Below are positions 58,645 through 64,000 of a stretch of DNA of 64,000 nucleotides, piece after piece. A program made the position numbers and the translations under genes. Origin of the DNA: an uncultured bacterium (lineage in GTDB: Bacteria; Patescibacteriota; Minisyncoccia; Phycocordibacterales; Phycocordibacteraceae); contig CAWKPH010000001.1 in assembly GCA_963851445.1 (NCBI GenBank), forward strand, positions 233,363 through 297,362, read 5' to 3'. The notes below the pieces were generated by a model. That model did not search any database and was not told the DNA's origin. It saw only the letters and a program-made list of their open reading frames with translations. Each line of letters opens with the position of its first letter. Positions within the stretch are counted from its first letter, which is position 1.

Positions 58645-59840
58645 TTCTCTCACCGGAACAATTTAATAGTGCGTATAAAAAACTTCCTTTCATACTTAGG
58701 GAATATATAGCTGATGACGATCTTTCTACTATTTGTGAAAGTATCGGAAAAGAATACGGCCTGCATGTCGATACTATAGGTGCGCTCTATCGCGAGACAA
58801 CCAACATGCTTCTTGGGCTTGAGGATCCAACTCAGTTCATGGGAGAGTTAAAATCGGTCGGGATTCCACAAGAAAATATAGGAGCCATGATCAAAGAGCT
58901 TAACGAAAAGGTATTCATGCCCCTTCGTGAACGGATGCAGAAGGAGGGAGACGGAGAATCATTTAAGGAGGATGAGGGAACGATCGAAAAGATTGAGGAG
59001 GAGCTTGATATACGACCTTCGAAAGAAACTTCTTCAGAGCATATTGTGCCGCAATCAGAACCTACAGTAGAAGTCGCCTCCACGGTAAGTCCGCTTTCTC
59101 CTGTAATGTATTCTGTTCAACCAACATATAAAATCGAGCCGCCCGTTATAGATCCATTACCTGAGGTTGTTCCTGCACCTTCCGTTCCTGGGTCAGGTGG
59201 GTATTCGTATTCGCCTCCTTCTGTGGTCACCACATCACCAGAAATCCAAGCGCCGCAGGTTGCACCGGCACCGGTTTTTCAAAGACCGCCGGCAACACAG
59301 GCACTTCCTGTTCCAATCCCCGCTCCGTACCAGGTAGCACCAGGACAAGTACAATCGTACATGCGAACCATGGCTCAAGACATGGCTGAAGCCAAGGCCA
59401 AGCAACACCAGCATAGCGGTACAGAACCTTCTTTTGCACACCAAGGGCCACAACCACAGAACACTGCGCAAATGTTTCATCAACCACTAGAAGCTCCTGT
59501 CGTGACTTCGCCCGTTTCTTCGATGCCAATTCCTCAAACACCACGTGCGCCACTGCCAACTGCAACAATTGGTTCTGTTTCAGTTCCCATGCAAAGAGTG
59601 GAGCCTCCTACATTCGTACCGACTCCTCCATCACCGTCAGCTGTACTCATACCTGAACCAAAGATGGATACCGTGCCGATGCCAAGTTCGAACATACGAC
59701 CACAACCCTTGGTTGCTCCTGCTATGCACGCACCACTCTCTCCCGCCCCAAAATCAACTCCACTAACTGCCAATCAACAACAGCTACATCAGATCCTCAA
59801 AGAATATGGTGTCGACCCGTATCGCGAACCAGTCGAATAA
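58641..59840 (+). CDS. Pro-rich hypothetical protein (T4SS-cluster component, possibly surface or periplasm-spanning)
   Basis: 399-aa ORF overlapping the upstream stop by 4 nt. C-terminal two-thirds extremely Pro/Val/Ala/Gln-rich. Confidence 0.5.
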   Translation: MILSPEQFNSAYKKLPFILREYIADDDLSTICESIGKEYGLHVDTIGALYRETTNMLLGLEDPTQFMGELKSVGIPQENIGAMIKELNEKVFMPLRERMQKEGDGESFKEDEGTIEKIEEELDIRPSKETSSEHIVPQSEPTVEVASTVSPLSPVMYSVQPTYKIEPPVIDPLPEVVPAPSVPGSGGYSYSPPSVVTTSPEIQAPQVAPAPVFQRPPATQALPVPIPAPYQVAPGQVQSYMRTMAQDMAEAKAKQHQHSGTEPSFAHQGPQPQNTAQMFHQPLEAPVVTSPVSSMPIPQTPRAPLPTATIGSVSVPMQRVEPPTFVPTPPSPSAVLIPEPKMDTVPMPSSNIRPQPLVAPAMHAPLSPAPKSTPLTANQQQLHQILKEYGVDPYREPVE

Positions 59841-59877
59841 AAACTGCGGTCGATTAGCGTAAGCTGTTATACTACGA

Positions 59878-60303
59878 GTGATGGAATACCAAGTTCCGCA
59901 GTTCATTGAGGTCGAGGACAAAATTATCGGTCCCTTATCCTTGAAGCAATTCATCTTCGTTTCAGGAGGAATCGGCATATGCGTCGCACTCGTGTTGTAT
60001 CTTCATTTCATCGGCGTTGCGCTTGCTATCCCTGTCGCAGTGTTCGCGCTCGCGCTTGCGTTCTACAAGATAAACAACAAGTCGTTCGCTGAAATTCTCG
60101 AAGCCGGCTTCAATTACTACATTAAAGGGAGGTTATATCTGTGGAAGAAAGACAAGGCTCCCCCAAAACAGGCAGTGGTTGACGTCCCCGTAACTCGCGA
60201 GAAGCTCGTTCTTTCGCAGGGGAAACTGCATGATCTTGCCTGGTCACTCGATATAAAGGACACCCTGCAGAGCGAGCAAAATCCAGAAAAACCGTATGCC
60301 TGA
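59878..60303 (+). CDS. PrgI/VirB3-like small two-TM protein immediately upstream of VirB4
   Basis: 141 aa, two TM helices. Position and topology match VirB3/PrgI-family proteins of monoderm T4SS. No sequence proof. Confidence 0.45.
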   Translation: MMEYQVPQFIEVEDKIIGPLSLKQFIFVSGGIGICVALVLYLHFIGVALAIPVAVFALALAFYKINNKSFAEILEAGFNYYIKGRLYLWKKDKAPPKQAVVDVPVTREKLVLSQGKLHDLAWSLDIKDTLQSEQNPEKPYA

Positions 60304-62761
60304 CAGCAGAGCCACACAATCATTCGTTCCCGTGCAAGAAGTCAGAAATGGGGTAGTCATCTTAAAGGATGGTGGGTATCGCGGCATCCTAATGTGTTCT
60401 TCGGTAAATTTTTCGCTTAAATCAGAAGACGAGCAGCGCGGTATTATCGATGGCTTTCAAACATTCATCAATTCACTTGATTTTACGGTTCAAATTGTCG
60501 TTCACTCCCGAAAAATAGATATTCGTCCGTATCTGAATCTCCTTCAAGAACGTCTTGCGGTGCAATCGACCGAGCTCATGCGTTTACAGTTGCGAGAATA
60601 TATGAACTTCATTGGAAATTTCGTTGAGGGTACTGATATCATGACGAAAATGTTCTACGTTATTGTGCCATTTACCCCTGCGGAGACAGCTGCAATCGGT
60701 AAATCGATTTCAAATATTGGAAAGAAACACGAGGATTCACAAATGAAGGATTTTGAAGAATATCGCGTACAACTCGAGCAGCGCCTATCGCTCGTGGCAT
60801 CAGGTCTTTCCGCATCGGGACTTCGTGCTATACCACTTGGCACTGAAGAAGTTATCGAACTCCTCTACAAATCTTTTAATTTGGGAGAAATGGATGCTCC
60901 CATTAAACTTACTGAGGCATAGGTATGGCACTTCTCGATTTTCTTAATAATAAGAAGGCTGCTGCTCCACAAGTTGCGGCAGTGTTGCCCAAGGATATCT
61001 ATGCCCAGGGTACACTCGACCTTGCTGATACCATAGCGCCAGCAGCGCTTAAGGTGAGCTCGAAAGACATCGAAATAGGGGAGAAATTTGCTCGTTCCTT
61101 TTATACAATTTCGTACCCTCGTTTCCTCGCGGACAGTTGGTTTACACCTATTGTAAATCTCGACAAGGTGCTGGATGTGGCTATATTTATTCATCCGATA
61201 GACACTGGTGAAGCCCTTCGTGGTTTTCAAAAGAAAGTTGCTGAGGTACAAAGCCAGATATCCGAGCGTGCTGATAAGGGCCTCGTACGTGATCCTATGC
61301 TCGATACGGCATATCAAGATCTCGAGAATCTCCGCGATCAGCTCCAACAAGCGCAGGAACATCTATTTGAGGTCGGATTATATATTACGCTTTATGCAAA
61401 TTCTAAAGAGGAGCTCGATAAAATTGAGGGGGAGGTTCGCGGCATTCTCGAAGCAAAACTCATCTATACAAAACCAGCGCTCTTCCAGCAAGAACAAGGA
61501 TTTCGTTCAACGCTCCCTCTAGCTAACGACGAACTTAATGTAACCTCGAAGCTTAACTCATCTCCACTTTCTTCAATTTTTCCATTTGTTTCGTTTGATC
61601 TCACCAGTGATCGAGGCATTTTGTACGGCATTAATCGACACAATGCTTCCCTTATTCTTTTTGATCGCTTCTCGCTTGAAAACTATAACTCCGTGACATT
61701 CGCGAAATCAGGTTCAGGTAAATCATATGCAGTGAAACTTGAAATCCTCCGTACGCTCATGTTCGATACCGATGTCATTGTTATCGATCCCGAACGTGAA
61801 TATGAATTTCTTGCGCAATCTACCGGTGGGCGTCTCTTCAATATCTCCCTTTCATCCGAAAACCATATTAATCCGTTCGACTTACCACCTGTAAAGGAGG
61901 ACGAGGAACCAAATGATATTTTGCGTTCGAATATCATTAATCTTGTTGGCCTTTTCCGCATCATGCTCGGAGGCCTCAGTCCTGAGGAGGATGCCATTAT
62001 CGATCGCGCAATCACTGAAACCTATGCCTTGAAGGACATTACGGGTGATGTCGATTTTACTGGCATGCTTCCGCCCATCCTTGCTGACTTCGAAAGCGTG
62101 CTTTCGGGTATGGAAGGGAGCGAGTCATTGGTGCAGCGTCTTTCTAAATACACCCACGGCACCTGGGCAGGATTCCTTAATCAACCGACGAATATTGATA
62201 TTAACAAACAGTTTGTGGTTTTCTCGGTACGAGACATGGAGGACGAATTCGAAGCCCGTGGCGATGTATATCGTCACGCACTATATATGGAATGCAATCC
62301 GTCATGAATTGAAAAAGCGTCTCCTAGTCATTGATGAGGCATGGTGGATGATGAAATCAGAGGACACCGCATCATTTCTTTATAGTCTCGCAAAGCGCGG
62401 TCGCAAATATTATCTTGGTATCTCAACCATCACGCAGGATGTTGAGGACTTCTTGCGTAGTCCCTATGGAAAACCAATTCTCACAAACTCATCGATACAA
62501 CTTCTTCTCAAACAATCGCCGACAACGGTTGATGTGCTGCAGGAAACATTTCATCTTACTGATGAGGAGAAGTATCTGCTCCTCGAGTCGGGTGTAGGGG
62601 AGGGACTTTTCTTTGCAGGACTCAAGCATGTCGCCATCAAGATAGTTGCTTCATATACCGAAGATCAAATAATCACCTCGGATCCTTCACAACTTCTTGC
62701 GATTCGTAAAGAAAAGGAGCGCCACGAAACAGAAAATACTGAAGATGTGAGTAGTAAATAA
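60296..62761 (+). pseudogene. virB4: VirB4/TraE/PrgJ-family T4SS ATPase encoded in three consecutive frame segments (60296-60922, 60925-62307, 62045-62761), either a disrupted gene or uncorrected indels
   Basis: Segment 1 resembles the VirB4 N-terminus (VNFSLKSEDEQ). Segment 2 carries Walker A (KSGSGKSYAV). Segment 3 carries Walker B (LLVIDEAWWMM) and the RKYYLGISTITQ region. An in-frame TAG at 60920-60922 and a frame change near 62245-62265 separate them. Confidence 0.8.
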
Positions 62762-62804
62762 AGTCTGCCTCAAAAAACCTCAGTGGTAGGAGTAGAATAG
62801 AGTT

Positions 62805-63326
62805 ATGCCTCTTGGACCAATGCCTGTAGAGCCGAAAAAGCGTGTCACGGTCTGGACGTGGCTCATATTCTTTGGACTCTTTGCGCCTGCCGATGCTTTG
62901 AAATGTTTGCTGCTTCTGGGAGATCTTATTCCCGTTTTGGGCTGGATTGTGGATGGTGTTGTTTCTCTCATCGTTTCGATACCGGAGGCAACGGGGTATG
63001 TAGGCTTGTGGGGCACTGGTCTTTATCGAGGAAGTAAGCATGGGGGACTTGTTAATGTAGTTATAAGCTGGGCGACTATTGGACTTGATTTTACGCCTGT
63101 TCTCGATGCCTTTCCTTTTACCGCGCCGAGTGTTCTTTTTGTAATCCTTAAGGCAAAAGCTATAGATAAGCTTGAGTATGTGGAGTATAAGGTTAAACTA
63201 GCTGCGTGGCAGAAGCAGCACCAGGATGAAGAAGCTATACGACTCCAAATCGCACAGAATGCAGCGGCCAATGCTAACGCGCAAAGAGAACAGGCAATGG
63301 CTATGTCTCTTGCAGCGAACGCATAG
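62805..63326 (+). CDS. hypothetical membrane protein
   Basis: 173 aa with at least 3 hydrophobic helices. Ala/Gln-rich C-terminus. Confidence 0.45.
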   Translation: MPLGPMPVEPKKRVTVWTWLIFFGLFAPADALKCLLLLGDLIPVLGWIVDGVVSLIVSIPEATGYVGLWGTGLYRGSKHGGLVNVVISWATIGLDFTPVLDAFPFTAPSVLFVILKAKAIDKLEYVEYKVKLAAWQKQHQDEEAIRLQIAQNAAANANAQREQAMAMSLAANA

Positions 63327-63406
63327 TGGACCTTTAACAAATGCTCGTGCAACATAATACCCAGCACGTATCATAAGGAACCCCTTAGAAGCGCTATACT
63401 ATCATC

Positions 63407-64000
63407 ATGCGCCGCATCTCTGGCTTTGGTACGCTTGCTATTTCGGGTCTGCTCGTATCATCTTTGATTTACGTTTCGACAATCTCTCCCCTACAAACGC
63501 ATGCCCAGACGATAGGAACTACTGATCCTCTTACTCTGGATGTGAGTCCGGAGTATCCGGTTCCATATCAAACAGTCACAATTACCCCCTCGAGTACTCT
63601 TTTTGATATTGGCGATAGTACTGTAACGGTAACAGTGAACGGGCAGGCATTCTTTAGTGGAACAGGGGGAGCGGGTATAAATGTGCCAGTAGGTGGGCCA
63701 GGAACTGCCACCACCGTTGTTGTGTCGGTCGTCTCTGGTGGACAAACGTACACACAACAGCTCACGATCAGGCCCGCACAGGTTGCGCTTGTGACAGAGC
63801 CGATCTCAACAACGCATGAGTTTTACGAAGGCGAGGGATTAGTGAGTCCTGAAGGTGAAGTACGCCTCATTGCCATTCCGGATTTCCGAACAAGTTCCGG
63901 AAAGGAAATCGATCCCGCAAGCCTTGAATATACCTGGAGTCTCGGGGATCAGATACTTCAAAGTGATTCTGGCATAGGACAGTCAGTGCTTGATGCAACA
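63407..64000 (+). CDS. secreted beta-rich hypothetical protein, 5' partial (runs off the window end)
   Basis: ATG at 63407 followed by signal peptide ISGFGTLAISGLLVSSLIYVS. Open in-frame to base 64000. Not in the track because no stop is reached. Confidence 0.5.
   Translation, partial: MRRISGFGTLAISGLLVSSLIYVSTISPLQTHAQTIGTTDPLTLDVSPEYPVPYQTVTITPSSTLFDIGDSTVTVTVNGQAFFSGTGGAGINVPVGGPGTATTVVVSVVSGGQTYTQQLTIRPAQVALVTEPISTTHEFYEGEGLVSPEGEVRLIAIPDFRTSSGKEIDPASLEYTWSLGDQILQSDSGIGQSVLDAT

Noticed and set aside
60922-60925. Whether VirB4 segments 1 and 2 are two natural genes rather than a disruption
   Set aside because: Not rejected outright. A TAG followed 2 nt later by an ATG could be a genuine split, but the combined segments reproduce a single VirB4 domain order, so it is annotated as one disrupted gene pending read or comparative evidence.
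1-64000. CRISPR arrays, rRNA genes, reverse transcriptase/DGR, transposases
   Set aside because: No regularly spaced direct repeats, no rRNA-like conserved stretches, and no YxDD RT motif or DDE transposase signature found on manual inspection of all ORFs.

Overview
This 64-kb window reads like a chromosomal segment of a small-genome, gene-dense bacterium with about 50% GC. The mix of housekeeping genes in unusual synteny, a large type IV pilus operon, a VirB4/VirB6-type secretion cluster and many secreted low-complexity proteins fits Patescibacteria/CPR (Saccharibacteria-like); that assignment is inference. On the minus strand, pgk and tpiA run directly into a type IV pilus operon: three pilin-like genes, including two giant ones, followed by pilC and pilB. 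The plus strand carries nusA (with a promoter plus intrinsic terminator in its leader), ppa, clpP, rny and hup. A polysaccharide module follows: a GT2 synthase, a small membrane protein and a secreted TIM-barrel hydrolase-like protein. Then come an OmpR/histidine-kinase pair and a flavin-trafficking operon: an FMN-binding surface protein, the ApbE flavin transferase, and an NqrB/RnfD-like membrane domain fused to an FNR-like reductase. After these are an ECF sigma/anti-sigma pair and a tRNA-rich stretch (Gly-TCC, Pro-TGG, Gly-GCC, Arg-TCG) interleaved with a serine protease, an EEP nuclease, RadC and unknown genes. Further along lie cca, xth, xerC/D, rpsO, a NYN-domain gene, a LysM/M23 peptidase, uvrD/pcrA and rsmA. 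The last 10 kb hold a type-IV-secretion-like cluster: a VirB6/TrbL-like polytopic protein, a PrgI/VirB3-like protein, a VirB4 ATPase and Pro-rich or Ala/Gln-rich secreted proteins. Four things stand out. First, the first 4.4 kb are an array of independently transcribed small genes, each preceded by a copy of a conserved GTTCTAAC-containing box and several followed by hairpins, with wildly different GC between cassettes; one is a 60%-GC OMP-like beta-barrel. Second, a 1.2-kb patch holds about eight single-base indels that fragment rny and hup. Third, VirB4 and the VirB6-like gene carry further frameshifts. Fourth, the flavinylation operon is notable in this genome context. I found no CRISPR array, rRNA, reverse transcriptase or transposase.
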